A DNA stretch of 64,000 nt from Lama glama. Taxonomy: Eukaryota. The translations under genes and the position numbers were made by a program. Where the stretch lies: contig CM052816.1 in NCBI GenBank assembly GCA_028534125.1, forward strand, positions 68,946,001 to 69,010,000. Direction: 5' to 3'. This document shows positions 12,030-25,244 of this stretch, piece by piece. Each line of letters begins with the position of its first letter. Positions within the stretch are counted from its first letter, which is position 1. The notes under the pieces are model-generated. The model worked only from the letters and a program-made list of their open reading frames with translations, searched no databases and was not told the DNA's origin.

Positions 12030-15000
12030 TTTTTTTAAGACAAGTTTTGGGTTCACAGCAAAATTGAACAGAAAGTACAGAGAATTCCTATATATCCCCT
12101 GCCACAACACATACACAACTTCCCCCACTATCAACATCCCACACTAGAATAGTACATTTGTTATAATCGATGAACTTACATTGACACACCATTGTCATCC
12201 AAAATCCGTAGTTTACATGAGGGTTCTCTCTTGGTGTTGTATATTTGATGGATTTTGATGAATGTGTAGTGACATGTATCTACCATAATAAATGCACATA
12301 GAGCAGCTTCACTGTTCTAAAAATCCTTTGTACTTCACCTATTCACCCTTTCCTCCTTCTCTAATCCCTGGTGAACTTTCACTATATCCATAGTTTTGTC
12401 TTTCTTGGACTGTCATATAGTTGGAATAATATTGCATGTAGCCCTTTCAGATTGGCTTCTTTCTCTTAGTAATATGCATTTAAGCTTCCTCCAGGTCTTT
12501 TCCTGGCTTGATAGCTCATTTCTTTTTAGCACAGAATGATATTCTATTGTCTGAATGTACCACAGTTCATTTATCCATTCACTTATTCAAAGACATCTTG
12601 GTTGCTTCCAAGTTTTGACATTGTGAACAAAGCTACTGTAAGTGTCTGTGTGAAGATTTCTGTGTGGACATAAGCTTTCTACTAATTTGGGTAAATACTA
12701 AGGTGTGTGACTGCTGGGTTGTATGATAAGAGCATGCTCAGTTTTGTATGAAATTGCCAAACTGTCTTCCAGAGTGGCTGTACCATTTTGCATCCCCACT
12801 GGCATGAATGAAAGCTCCTGTTGTTTCATATCCTTGCCATGATTCGGTGTTTGTCAGTGGTTTGGTTTTGGCCATTCTAACAGATGTGTAGTGGTGTCTC
12901 ATTGTTGTTTTAATTTACAATTCCTTAATGACATATGATGTTGAACATCTTTTCGTATGTTTATTTGCCATCTGTATATCTTCTTTGGTGACGCATCGAG
13001 TTCTTTTGTCCATTTTTTAGTCTGGTTTTTTGTTTTCTTATTGTTGAGTTTTAAGAATTTCTTTGTATATTTTGGGTAACTATCCTTTATCACATGTCTT
13101 TTACAAATATTTTTTCTCAGTCTATGGCTTAGTTTCTCATTCTTTTGACATGTCTTTTGCAGAGCAGAAGTGTCTCATTTTACTTAAGTCAAGCATATCA
13201 ATGATTTCTTTCATGGATCATGCTTTTGTTGTTGTATTTAAAAAGTCACTGCTAAAATCAAGGACATCTAGATTTTCTCCTATGTTATTTTCTAGGATTC
13301 TTATAGTTTTGTGTTTTACTTTTAAGTCTATGATCCATTTTGAGTTAATTTATGTGAAGGATATAAGGTGTGTCTAAATTCAGTTTTTTTAAAATTGAAG
13401 TATAGTTGATTTACAACATTGTATTAGTGTCAGGTGTACAGCAAAGTGATCCAGTTATTTTTTTTCCACATTGCATGTGGACGTCTAATTGTTTCAGCAT
13501 CACTTGTTGAAAGAACTAACTTTTTTCCATTGTACTTATTACTGCCTTTGCTCCTTTGTCAAAGATCCATTGACCATATTTGTGTGGGTCTATTTCTAGG
13601 CTCTCTGTTGAGCTCCATTGATCTTTTTGTCTGTTCTTTTGCCAATATTACACTGTTTTGATTAGTGTAGCTTTTTAGTGAGTCTTAAAGTCAGATAATG
13701 CAGATCCTTCAGCCTGGTTCTTCTCCTTCAATATTATATTGATATTCTCCATATAAACTTTAAAATCAGCTTGTCAAGCGGGCTTCGTGGAGCTGGAGGG
13801 CAGGCGAGTTGGCCCTCAGCGTCTGGTCATGGAAGTTACAGAACCATTCAGAGAACTGCAATTTATTCTTGAGCCAGATTTGTTTCAGCTCTCGAACATC
13901 TTCAAATAAAGAAGTGGTTATAAAGAGTGATCAGCAGAATAATGGAAATACGAAGCCAATGCAGAATTTCACAAAAATACCGGTCACACAGGCTCTCAAC
14001 TATAGTCTGAGCAGACAAAGACATTAAGAAAAAGAACCTTGGAATGCATTCAGTCATCATAACCTGGTTAATGTCTCCATGGATGGAATTCCCTGCATTC
14101 TCTTCTGGGCCAAAAGAATAACAATTAAATTTAAGAATCAGACCTGGCTGGACCTTACAGAAGAAGCTTTTGGCCAGAAGGCAACAGTGGATGCTGGCAA
14201 TTCAAATTGCAGTGAAGAAAGTGCCATGTAAGTTGACCCCTTCAATGGAGCAAGCCTTTAGGGTTGTCTCTCAAGTTTGGTGTTACTGAAAATCCCAAAG
14301 GTCTAGATATAAGACTCACCCTTACCAATTACAACAAGTTGTCCAGGCAGAGTTGGTTTAGTTTACACTGACTTGAGATTATTTTCAATAATTCAGTTCA
14401 AGCAACTTTTAATGCAACTGGCATATATGCTCCATCAAGTTACTCCTACCACTGCCAAAGTGTCAGCAGCCTGCAGCGGTACGATGTCCTTTTGTTGCCC
14501 AGTGACACCAATGATATGTCAAGCCTGTGGGAGGTCACTTTTGTTGATTTCCAAATCTAAGGCTTTACCATCAAGGGGGGACAATTTGCCAGGGCTCAAG
14601 ACTGCCTCTTCCTTCTCGCCAGCCATTCTGATTGGCCTGGCAATGTCTCTGGTCCTGCTGCTGGCGTTGGCGTACGCCCTGCATGTGCTTGTCTACCTGC
14701 AGTATCTGGACTGGCACTATGATTTCGTCACCTCTACAGCCCACTTCCTCCAGATGAAAGCTTGAGATGCAGCAGAGGAGAAGGAGCTGCTCAGGAGCCA
14801 GGGAGCCAAATGCTATGAACTGAGAAGCCAACAGATCTGCAAGGTTTATGTTTAACAGCACAGGTCCCTCTCCCTCACAAAGTCCACAATAGGCTCTGAA
14901 AGCAGCTGCTTCTGTTCTGTGCTGTTTGACTTGTGATACAAGGTTTTCACCAAAAAGCTTGATTTTTTTTAAAAGAAAATGCATGCAAAGACTACATCTT

Positions 15001-15660
15001 GGAGCATCCACTGGCCTTCTTAGATAGGCTTGGAGCAATGAAAAAGGTATCTCAGGAATCCCACAGAGGTCAATGTGATTGCTGACCCAAAGTTACCTTG
15101 AAAGCAAAAGAATATGTCAAGTTAAGGAGACCACCCAAAAAAGAATGATTCATTATAGAGAAGGAAAAACACATTTGGTCCTCCTTGCCTGTGCCAGTTT
15201 GCATGTGATAAGTAGAGAAATAATGTAAGTTTATCTGGAAGTTCTGAATTTAAAATATAAGATACTTTGCATTTTTCAGAAAAAAAATCATCTTGTCAAT
15301 ATCCACAAAATAACTTGGGATTTTAACTGATATTGCAATGAATCTGTAACTCAAGTTGGGAAGAGCTGACTTCTTAATAGTACTGAGACTTAGCCATGTA
15401 CATGGAGTATCTCTTCATTTATTTCGATTTTCTTTGATTAGCGTTCTTAGTTTTCCTCATATAGATCTTCTACTTGCTTTGTTAGACTTATACCTATGTA
15501 TTTCATTTTTGAGGGTACTTATGTAAATGGTGTTGTGCTTGTAACTCTAACTTCCTATTGCTTATTGTGTATATAAGAAAGCAATTGACTTTGTAAATTA
15601 ATCTTATGTCTTGCTATAATCACTCATTAGTTCCAGAAGTTTTTTGTTGATTCTTTGAGT
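12030..15660 (-). mobile_element. L1MC-like element split by the retrocopy at 13778-15283
   Basis: 3' end resembling L1MC1 as recalled (ggttcacagcaaaattgaacagaaagtacagagaattcc...). ORF2-like antisense peptide at 12899-13093. L1 sequence resumes after the second TSD at 15300. Confidence 0.8.
13778..15283 (+). pseudogene. ATP6AP1L: Processed pseudogene of ATP6AP1L (V-ATPase accessory protein Ac45-related)
   Basis: Contiguous reading MDGIPCILFWAKRITIKFKNQTWLDLTEEAFGQKATVDAGNSNCSEESAM / LSLKFG...WFSLH*LEIIFNNSVQATFNATGIYAPSSYSYHCQSVSSLQRYD...WEVTFVDFQI*GFTIKGGQFARAQDC/ASSFSPAILIGLAMSLVLLLALAYALHVLVYLQYLD...KA*DAAEEKELLRSQGAKCYELRSQQICKVYV* (native stop 14853-14855). Premature stops at 14025, 14229, 14369, 14558 and 14763; about 2-nt deletion near 14605. 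Short A tail; TSD AAAATCA(G/T)CTTGTCAA at 13762-13777 and 15284-15299. Confidence 0.9.
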
Positions 15661-16724
15661 ATTACTTTTTTTTTTTAACACAAAACATTATATTAGCTTC
15701 AGGTATGCAACAAAATGATATGATATTTGTATATATTGCAAAATGATCACCACAATAAATCTAGTTTATACTACCACCAGACGTATTACAGACCTTTTCC
15801 CTTGGGATGAGAACTTTTAAGGCCTACTTTTTAAGCAGCTTTTAAACATGCAATACATGCTGCACATTACCTCCTCCTGATTTATCTTATAACTGGAAGT
15901 TTGTACTTGATTTTTTTGAACCATTATTGGCAGTGCTTGAGTATGTATTTCTAGTAACATTGCAGCCTGCACACAACTGCAGGTTTTCATAGTTAACACT
16001 GAGACTATGAGTAACAATTTGGCTTCTTGGTATAGCGTTGTGAAGCCCTCATGCTTTTATCAGACTCCATGTGGTCTTAGGGACCACAATCACCTGGGTG
16101 GGCTCATTTCCTGTTGATCATTCTCAGTTTGATTAAAAACCAGATGGTTGGAAAGATGAAAAGAGAGTGGCTTGTGGTTTAGACTTAGTGGGGTCTTTTG
16201 ATGAGAAGTAAAACTGAGCACAAGATATAACCTTGATTTCAGATAACACTAACCAAAAGTAACTCTGTGTGCTCTGGTACAGAAATAGTGACAGGAAGAG
16301 CCGAAAATTAATGAATCAACAAATATTTATTGACAAAGACTCAGAGTAGGGCTTAGGTCTACTAGATAATTTTTGATGTGATAGACACATGAACATGCAA
16401 ACATTACTTTGGTTTTAAAATCTCAAGTGACAGAACAATATTCAAAGCATGATGTAGTGTCTCTATGTGTTCCCCACAAGATCTGTCATTACATTTAGGT
16501 CTGGTGCTCATGTGCTTTTTATCAGAAAATGCCATTGAATATTTTTAAAAAATTGTTTAAATTAATTCTGAGGTCTTTTTTCCCTTTCTTCCCCCTGTAG
16601 CTTGCAATTCAATTTTATCATTATGACTGCTTTCTTTTTTGCTCCATTCTCTCTTAATGCCTACAAGGATAAATATTATGTTTTCAGGATCATAGAGATA
16701 TGTAGAACTGTTCATTTCTTATAG

Positions 16725-16841
16725 GCTGCAGTGATGGAGTCAGAGATGAACGCTTCCATATTCAGAGGTTCAGTGATGTAAACTATTCCATACTCCAACC
16801 GGAGGTGAAGATTCATCTTATGGGTCTTCGAAATGACTATT
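16725..16841 (+). CDS. CDC20B: CDC20B exon 6
   Basis: ttatag|GC...TATT|gtaag; 117 nt; (G)CSDGVRDERFHIQRFSDVNYSILQPEVKIHLMGLRNDY(Y), start of the Cdc20/Fizzy WD40 region. Confidence 0.95.
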
Positions 16842-19800
16842 GTAAGTTACTGTTTAGATCATGAATTGAAAAATTGAAATGACAAAATGTATCCTGTGCT
16901 CTGGCATAAACTTGAAATTTGATTCTGGAAGAACTAGATGACCTTCTGCCTTATGTTTAAATGGTGTACCATCCAAATGTGGTTAATATAGTTGGCTTCA
17001 TTGTGGAATTTTCATATTCAGGAGTGGATATTGTTGGTCTTGGTAGGGCACAAGAAATACACATTTTGTTTTACTGTATTAGAATGAACTGTATAAATAG
17101 TGGCCTATTCTTATGCTTATACTTCAAAAAAGGATAAATCTCATTAGTCAAACAACCACATTGGTTTTTTGTCTCTAACTTGTAATCTAATTGGGAAGAC
17201 AGGACTAAATCACATTGAACTGCTACCAACATGCCAGTATAGAGTATAAATAATAAATTGTGGGATGTAAGGAGTTATAAGGACTGGAAGTAGTTCAGTG
17301 ACCTTTGGGATTGTTTGGAAAGACTTTGTGGAGTTATTCAGACTTGAGCTGGGTCTTGAAAGATGAGTGAGACTTGGAGGAGTGGAGGAGAGAAGATAGG
17401 GTATTTTCAGAGATGTTAGTAGCATGAACAAAGGCAGGATGTTGGTAATTACTGATAATTAATGGCAATGAAAAGGATACATTGGGGACTGGTGACTAGG
17501 AGACAGATGCAGATTATGGAGGAATTTCAAAAGTTTGGTGTAGATTTTTAGATTTGTTGTGGGAATTCTCAACTAGGAGAAACATCAAAGGAAAATTCAT
17601 GGCATGAAATGCATGTAGTTGGAGAGCTACCAAAAAGTAAGGGACTATTTTCTCTCCATGAGGAAAATATATGGGAAGAGGGATAAATCTAAGATTATTC
17701 CAAGTTTTGAAGCAGGTGAAAGATTATGTCACTGGGAAGACAAGTTAGCAGGAGAAGTAGTGTGGGGAGGGAAGACTATTCTTGCAATATTACATTGAGG
17801 AGACAGTAAGACATCTAAGAGTTTCTGGCAGATCATTACAAATGAGGTTGTTAATTGAAAGAGATGAAAGACTAGAGTGTATGGTTGAAGCTGAGAGCCA
17901 GTGTGAGCTCTCCTAGTGAGGGAGAAAGGAGCAGAGGGAAGAGGTCTGGGTGCTGCACAACATTCACAGGGAGGAATAAGCAGGAAGAAACAAAATTATT
18001 AAAGGGAATGATTCTTCTCCTATAGTTTCTTAGAGAATTTGTTGCCATGACCAATGAAAATTGAAGAATTCATTTCAAGAGGTGTTTAAAAAACACAACA
18101 CTCATGTTAAACAAACAAACAAAAACCTTTTGTTCCCACTTGCTCTTCAGGCCATAACCCCTTTTCTCTCTTCCCCTGGATAGCAAAACTTGTCAAAAGA
18201 TGTTTATCTTCCTATTTCTCTCCTCACATTGTCTTTGAACCAACTAGGCAGTTCTCAAATCTCACCATTCCATTGAAACTGCTCTTCCAAACATCACCCA
18301 AAACTCTTCGTTGCTAAATCCAATAATCACTCTTTAAGCTCATTTACTTAACTTTTTCAACCACATTTGAGAAAGTTGATCACTCCCCACCTCCATAATA
18401 TTCCACTGTCTTGGTTTGCCTCCTAGCTGTCTGTTCATTCTTTCTTGGTCCTTTTTTTTTTTTTTTTTTGCTGGTTTCACTTCCTCTTCTTTATCTGTGC
18501 CTCCTAAATTTTGGAATGCACCAAGTCTCATTCCTTGGACATCTTTTCTTTTTCTATTCTATTTTAGTTGATCTGTTGGCTTTCTGGCTTTATCTCCTTT
18601 TTTTATGTTTTTAGTTGTTGCTCTAGGGATTGCAATGCAATCTAAACTTTCTCAGTCTACTTAGAATTACTGTTGCATATGTCACACAATATATAAAAAT
18701 TTTAGTCACATAGGTATCCCCAACACCCAACTTTTTTGGGGGTGATTACTGTAGCTGTCTATGTTTTACATCTACACACTGAAAACTCCACCATTGTTAA
18801 ATTTTTACCTTAAAAAGCCATATATATTTGTGTTTTAAATATTTTAAGAGGGAAAAACTATCCTTTTTATTTACCCAAATATTTACCAATTACAACACTC
18901 TCCTTCATTCCTGAAGATCCAGATTTCCCTCTCATATAATTTCCTTTCAGTCAAAAATCCACCGTTAGTATTTCTTGCAGATCAAGTCTGTCAGTGAAGA
19001 CTTCTCTTATGCATATTATTTTCCATTTCATGATATTTTTGAATTCTGGGTTGGCAGATATTTTCTTTCAGCATTTTAAAGGTGTTCTACTTACATCTGG
19101 CCTCCATGGTTTCTGGTGAGACCTCATTTGAAGTCTTGCTCTCTTGTTTCCAAGACCTGACTTCAATTACACATATGTTAGATCTGTGGATATTTTCCCA
19201 CAAATCCCTGAGGGTCTGTTCATTTCTCTAAACTTTTTCTGCCATGTTCTTTCGATTGAATAATTTGAGTTTTCCCTGCACTTAAATGATTTGGGGTTAG
19301 ACAGAGGTGGGTGTGGGCTCATACACTTATAATTAGAGGATGCCTTTCTGTGGCTCTATCTCCTCCCAGACTTTCTCCTCACACTTTGGCTACCTCAGAC
19401 TCCTTCCTCTGGTTTCTTTGACCAGAAACAGGGTGGGATTTCTCTCAGAGTTTGAGCTGCTGGTGCTACTCCATGATTGAGGCCCACCCTCAGGGTAAAG
19501 CTGTGTGAGGGAAAAAGTGTAAAACTCACCCCTGGGCAGGTTGCTGGTCCAAGTTTTGACTCCCTTACTTATTAGTTTACCTGATTTGCCTATTTTATAG
19601 AGTTCTCAGGTGTTGGTTTTTTGTATTTTGTTCAGAGTTTATAGTTCTCATCAGTGGGTGGCATGAGTTATAGGGGGCTTAGAGTGCTCTAGGGGAACTG
19701 GTGTCCTTCATAGTTTTGTACTGACATGTCAGTCAGGATAGGAGTTTCTGTCTTACAAGAAATGTGATACAGTTCATCTTAGTATGTGGTCATACAAATA

Positions 19801-20315
19801 TGGTCAGCAGTCAAAGAATTCTTACAGTAGAAGATAGAGAATACTACTGAGAACTTCCAAGTATCATAAATAAGCCAGAGACCACCTCTTCCAGATACAC
19901 TGTAGTTGGATTATCCTTTTGGTTAGAAACAATGGTGGCATCTCCCATATGGATGTTCTAGGCCCAAGAATGTCTTCATAAGAAAGTGCTTTTAATTTTT
20001 AGTGATCTATTAGATGAAATCCATGTATACTAATAATGGTATATGAAACTGCCAGGTTTTCTAAATGCCTCTAAGTAAGTATATCTGAGTGTAAATTGTA
20101 AGTGTTACTGCTTATTAGATTGTGTATCTTGATACAAGATTCTATTTCAGTGTTCATTTTTGAATGTCTAATGATCTTGGATCCATGGTTCTGTTGTCCA
20201 GCTGACCATGGGGAAGGTATTAATCTTTCTCCTCTACTTATAAATGAAGTTGTTTATTTGAAAATATTTTTATTTGGCTGTATAATCACCCTAATTTGAA
20301 ATTCTTTTCCTATAG

Positions 20316-20512
20316 ATCTGAATGTCCTAGACTGGAATTTTCAAAATCTTGTTGCTATAGCCCTTGGATCGTCTATATACATTTGGAGTGGGGAAGACCA
20401 CAATGGGATTGAGAATATAGAGTTAAGTCTCACTTGTAACTATGTGTCTTCTGTGTCCTGGATAAAAGAAGGAAACTGCCTGGCAGTTGGCACCAGCGAC
20501 GGGGAAGTACAG
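20316..20512 (+). CDS. CDC20B: CDC20B exon 7
   Basis: ctatag|AT...CAG|gtact; 197 nt; (Y)LNVLDWNFQNLVAIALGSSIYIWSGEDHNGIENIELSLTCNYVSSVSWIKEGNCLAVGTSDGEVQ. Confidence 0.96.
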
Positions 20513-21581
20513 GTACTGGACAGTTTTTCCTTTCTCATAATGTGTTCTGTATAACTGCTAGATAACTAAGACTCACTTCCAATAACAGGTTAATATAAAA
20601 TAAAGAAACTATAGTAGGTGTGGTATTTGAAGCAATGGGAAATAAGCGGTCATATCTTTTCTGAATGGCATTTAATGAGGATGTAGGCATACTCTGCTTT
20701 GTTTTTCCAGAAAATCTTTCTTTCTGTCACATTTCCTTTTGCTTTGTTTTGTTTTTTTAAAGTCCTTTCTCTCAAACTAAAGTTAAACTTATAAAATCCC
20801 CAGTTTTAGGACTTTGGAGAGAAGAGGATTCTCATTTCTTACCTTAAGCCATGATCAGGAGTAGAGTTACTTAAAATGAGTGAGTTTTTTTTTCTGATAA
20901 GTTCTCCAAGTTTCCACAAAATCTATCTAATTCCTCATGTATCATTACTACTATTATTTTTTATTAGCAACAATGTAAATAATATTGTTCAGGTGTTGGA
21001 TGAGTTTGGAGGTTCCACAGATGGTTCTTACAGCTTTCTCATCTCTGTAATGATACTGGATTCTTATGAGGGTCATGTCATGATTTCTTCCTCCGCCAAA
21101 GTTTTCATTCCTTATATGGTCAGAATGTCATTCATAGCTAGGAGGAAAGGAGTCTTTTAGCAACAAATGAAATTCCTGACTCTAGAAAGTGTCTAGGCAT
21201 CAAATTTTCTTTGTTGGTAACTGTAGGTGGATTTCCAAGTTTGGAATTCCCACAATTTGAAGAAACTAGAAGTGTGATAATTATTCCCACCTTTGGCTGC
21301 TCATTGAATTCACCTGGGGAACTTTAAAATAAACGCCATATCCCTAGGCTCTACCGCCAGGCTCTACCATTAAATCAGAATGGCCAGCATCCAGAGCCTG
21401 CTCCCTAGGAGATCCTAATATGCAGACAGCGTTGAGAACGGCTGACCAGGGTTAGAGGTTCTGAGCTTTCACTTAGTGCAAGGACTGGCTATGTCAGCAT
21501 CAGTTGGCTATCAGGCCCTTGAGAAGACAGTGGGTTGTGAAAATGTCAATGCTACATAACTGTGCTTGTTCATTTTTTCAG

Positions 21582-21676
21582 TTGTGGGATGTGGTAACTA
21601 AAAAGCGGCTGAGAAATATGCTTGGTCATTTGTCAGTGGTTGGGGCTCTGAGCTGGAATCACTATATCCTCAGCAG
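21582..21676 (+). CDS. CDC20B: CDC20B exon 8
   Basis: tttcag|TTG...AG|gtgag; 95 nt; [31 protein letters not shown](S). Confidence 0.96.
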
Positions 21677-22134
21677 GTGAGCAGCATCTTACTGGAACCA
21701 ATTATATTTGTATCACCAATTGATTACGAGTGCTGAGTGAACAGAATTATATTTAAAACCAAAACCCAACCCCCCCACAAAACAGACATTATTAGTATCA
21801 GTTATGATCCTACCTTTCAGATATTCAGATCTTCTGGTGATGTAAGTGGTCCAGTGGTCACATGTACCACGGTGGCTGTGTGCCTACAGCATGGGCTAGT
21901 ACTGGAATGTAAAGTTCAGGATTCACTACATTGTTCAGATGAAATGTAAAACTCTGTTTGAGCAAAAAGTTTCTCTGTGCCAAGTAATGCCTACTAGAAG
22001 GATATTTAGTTGAGATTAGTATTTATTGCTATCAGTGTCACTGATTTGGAACATGTTAAGCTTTCTGAGGGTGTTTTTCCAATTCACAGACCTGCGGAGG
22101 TTAGAGCTGAAAGGAAGCTCATAGATTAACCATT

Positions 22135-22310
22135 CAGTGATTCTCAGACTTGAGCATTTGTCAGAAACACCTTAAGGAGGGCTCCTTAGCACCCAGATTG
22201 CTGCCCTCACTCCAGGGATGTCTGACCCAGCAGGTCTGCAGGTGCGCTGACAATGTGCATTTCTAATTTCCCAAGTATGCCGAGGCTTCATCACTTTTGA
22301 GAACTACTGA
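22135..22310. mobile_element. MER5A-like DNA transposon (similar fragments near 21290-21445 and 37820-37980)
   Basis: cagtgattctcagacttgagc...tgtgcatttctaa...cacttttgagaactactg; inverted termini cagtg(a)ttctca / tgagaactactg. Confidence 0.7.
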
Positions 22311-23638
22311 TTTAGTAATCTAATTGCTTCTTTTTGACTAGAAAAGTTAAGTGACTTATCCCTGTGAGCCTACGTAATTGATCTAAACATATGTTCAATA
22401 ATAGCTATTCATCTTCACAATGTTTTTCTTAAGGTAGATTTAAGTTAAATAAATTTTGAAGCCTGTTACAATTTCTTTAAGTGGCTCAGCTGTAAATTTG
22501 AAATTTTAATACCTTGTGATTATAGGCCAGATGTAAAACTTCTTAAGCAAAATGCATTGTAAGGGACTAAATATTTACCCTGAGAAGTTTTTGCAGTCAG
22601 GTCAGTTCTATACCTTTACAATCTGCATTGTTTAAGCTTAGTTTCATGAATATGAACAAATACTTTCTTATAATAACAGCAGCTAACAGTTTTGCAATAC
22701 TATCTCCCATCACTGAAGTAACTCTTTATGTGTATAATTGTGTTTTAATCCCTGCAGTAACACTAGGAAGTGGCATCTCTCCACCGCCCAGCCCCATCCT
22801 CTTTTTCTGAGGAGTAAACTGAAACACTAACCTGAGGTCACAGAGTTAGTATAAGGGGAAGAGTCAGGCTTTGGAGCCAGGTGCTCTGGCTGCAGAGTCC
22901 ATATTCATCAGAATGCTGTTCGGTGCTGTGCCTGAGTAGTGTTTAGAAATATGATACTGGTCTTTGAGAAATTTCAGAAATAATTGTAGGCAGTTATTTA
23001 CTTTCTCCTTGGAGAAAATTTAATTAGTGCAGAAAAAGTTCATTATTTTTGGGTGATAGGATCTTTATCATCATTTGGATCCAAATCACTGAAAGTAGAG
23101 ACACCGTCCAGTGATTCTGAATCATGGCAGTTTGCTGTGACATTTAGATAGTTTTGTAGTCTTTAGATATTAGTAGCACTAGCAAACTGATGGTAGATCT
23201 GTAGATTAATAGAAAAAGGAAATAATACATTTCTATATCTAATGTTTATATATATGAGATTTCATTGAGATAATATGAAATATTCTGAATTTCAGAAAGT
23301 AATATTTCCTAGGTCCAGTACATAAACTTCTACCTGGGAAAATATGATAATCTTCTAAATGTATCTCCTCCATGCCTACCTGCATCATATTAAAGACGTT
23401 AGAGATACCCATCAAAAGTATCTTTTCAATATCCAGATTTGAAACTGCCAGACAAATCTATTTCACTTGTGAGAAGAATCACTCAGGCAGAATACTCAAC
23501 CCCTTATTAATTCAAGGGATGTCTGCATTTTGAATCTGTCTTAAGGGGTCTTTCAGTATTTTAAACAGTACTTCCCTTCATGTTTTCAAGCGCTCATGTA
23601 GCAATAGGGCTTATAAACCTGCCCCATTACCTCTGCAG

Positions 23639-23864
23639 TGGGTCGAGACTGGGCCGTGTGTATCACCACGATGTTCGGGCAGCCCAGCACCACATTGGAA
23701 CACTTCACCATAAGCAAGCTGTGTGTGCCCTGAAGTGGTCGCCAGACGGCAGGCTGCTTTCCAGTGGCTGCAGCGACGGGCAGCTGACCATATGGCCCCA
23801 TGATCCAGGCACGAATGCACAGGGTCACCCACTGAAAGTCATACCCCAATCTACAGCAGTCAAG
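23639..23864 (+). CDS. CDC20B: CDC20B exon 9
   Basis: ctgcag|T...AAG|gtaag; 226 nt; (S)GSRLGRVYHHDVRAAQHHIGTLHHKQAVCALKWSPDGRLLSSGCSDGQLTIWPHDPGTNAQGHPLKVIPQSTAVK. Confidence 0.97.
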
Positions 23865-24986
23865 GTAAGAAATCCAACGAGGTTTCTCTTTATTCAGAGA
23901 CCACTGGGTGTCCTTCACACATGAAAACAAAGCCATTAAGCCAGTACTGTGAGGTTTTTCTTCCCTCAGGATTTATTTTGGATTTTGCTACCACTTTCCT
24001 GAGAGACAGCTCTATTTATCCTCACCGTGTGTCAGAGTTTTTTCATTGTAAGTGACTGAAACTAAAATCAAGCTTGAACTTAAGCAAAAAAGTAAATATA
24101 TTTTCTCGTGTATTGGAGGCGTCCTGGGTGCATACAACTGTTTCAAACATCGGCTGGATGTAGGACCTTAAATAGTATCATGAGGGCCCTGTCTTTTTGG
24201 CTCTTGGTTCTGCTCGTCTGTTTAGTTTGATTCTTCATTCGGACTCTATTTTGTGGGCACGATGGCTCTTGACAGCTTCAGACTCAGATTCTCCTAGATG
24301 GAAACTAAATAAGAAACCATTATTCCCTTTAACACTGGTAGAAAAGTCCCAGGCAGGACTCTGGTCTGGCTTTGGCCATGTTCTCATCTCTCAGTTGATA
24401 ACTGTGGCCAGAGAGATGGGCACACTAACTGAATACGCCTGGCTCGTGAGCTCACATCCAAGAAAGGAAACCCATTGCCAGAAGAAGGAGGAAGTGTACT
24501 GTAGGGTTAAACCAATACTCCACCATGTTCTGCCTCATCATTTTTTATTTCTCTGTACTTGAAATTATTATTTCTAGTGGGCAAAGTCCATACTTTCCTT
24601 CCTTTGGTACCACAGATTTATGCGTTGTCCTGTGTAGTCCCAGAATATTTACTATTCATAGAGCAAAGAAATGGTTCTATTTTATTGGCTATAAGGAAAC
24701 TTATTAGAATGAGAGCTTAAAAGTTATCACAGAGTTTCCTACTATAGGTGGAATATACAGTGCCTGCTGCTACTGCATTGTACTGGCCTAGTAGCACTGG
24801 TTTGTGGTTTTTAATATCCATGGGACATGGAGAATAATTTTAAGTCCAAATTCCCATAATTGATGATATGAAAAAAATCTAGGGAAGATGTATGTAAAAT
24901 ATTTTGCGTACAAACAAAATACAAAACCAAAATAAAGCAAAACAAAAAATCAACAGATGAAAAACCCAAGCCAAGCAAAACCTTCC

Positions 24987-25244
24987 TGTTACTGAACTCA
25001 GGTTCAGCTGCTCACCACTTGAAAGCCAGAACTTGAGAGGCAAGTGCTGGTTGGAAAAGGAACAGTGGCTTTATTCTAAGAATAGAATCAACACGTTAGG
25101 GGAGGCATTGTGTGATCAAAAGGTGTGAAAGGTGTGCTTGGGCTGGAGGTCAGTTAAGCATGGAGGCCTCTGGGGTAAAGGTTAGTTGAAATAGAGCTTT
25201 CTAAATGGACAAGACAAAAGGCCTCCTGCAGAGAGCTGCTTCCA
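24987..25244 (-). mobile_element. Probable ERV1-type LTR fragment
   Basis: Starts TGTTACTGAACTCAGGTTCAGCTGCTCACC, with tttatt (minus-strand AATAAA) about 85 nt in. Possible 4-bp TSD ttcc/ttct. Right end uncertain. Confidence 0.45.

Noticed and set aside
14228..14261. GT...AG 34-nt micro-intron in the retrocopy
   Set aside because: Too short for normal mammalian splicing, and its removal leaves a frameshift; removing 35 nt restores the frame.
14373..15038. 130-aa (+) and 155-aa (-) ORFs as a new membrane protein
   Set aside because: Frameshifted and antisense readings of the ATP6AP1L pseudogene; only the post-frameshift transmembrane segment is in the parent frame.
15928..15950. TGGCAGTG seed suggesting miR-449/miR-34
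   Set aside because: Only the seed matches. The miR-449 cluster and GPX8 lie in CDC20B intron 2, expected upstream of this window.
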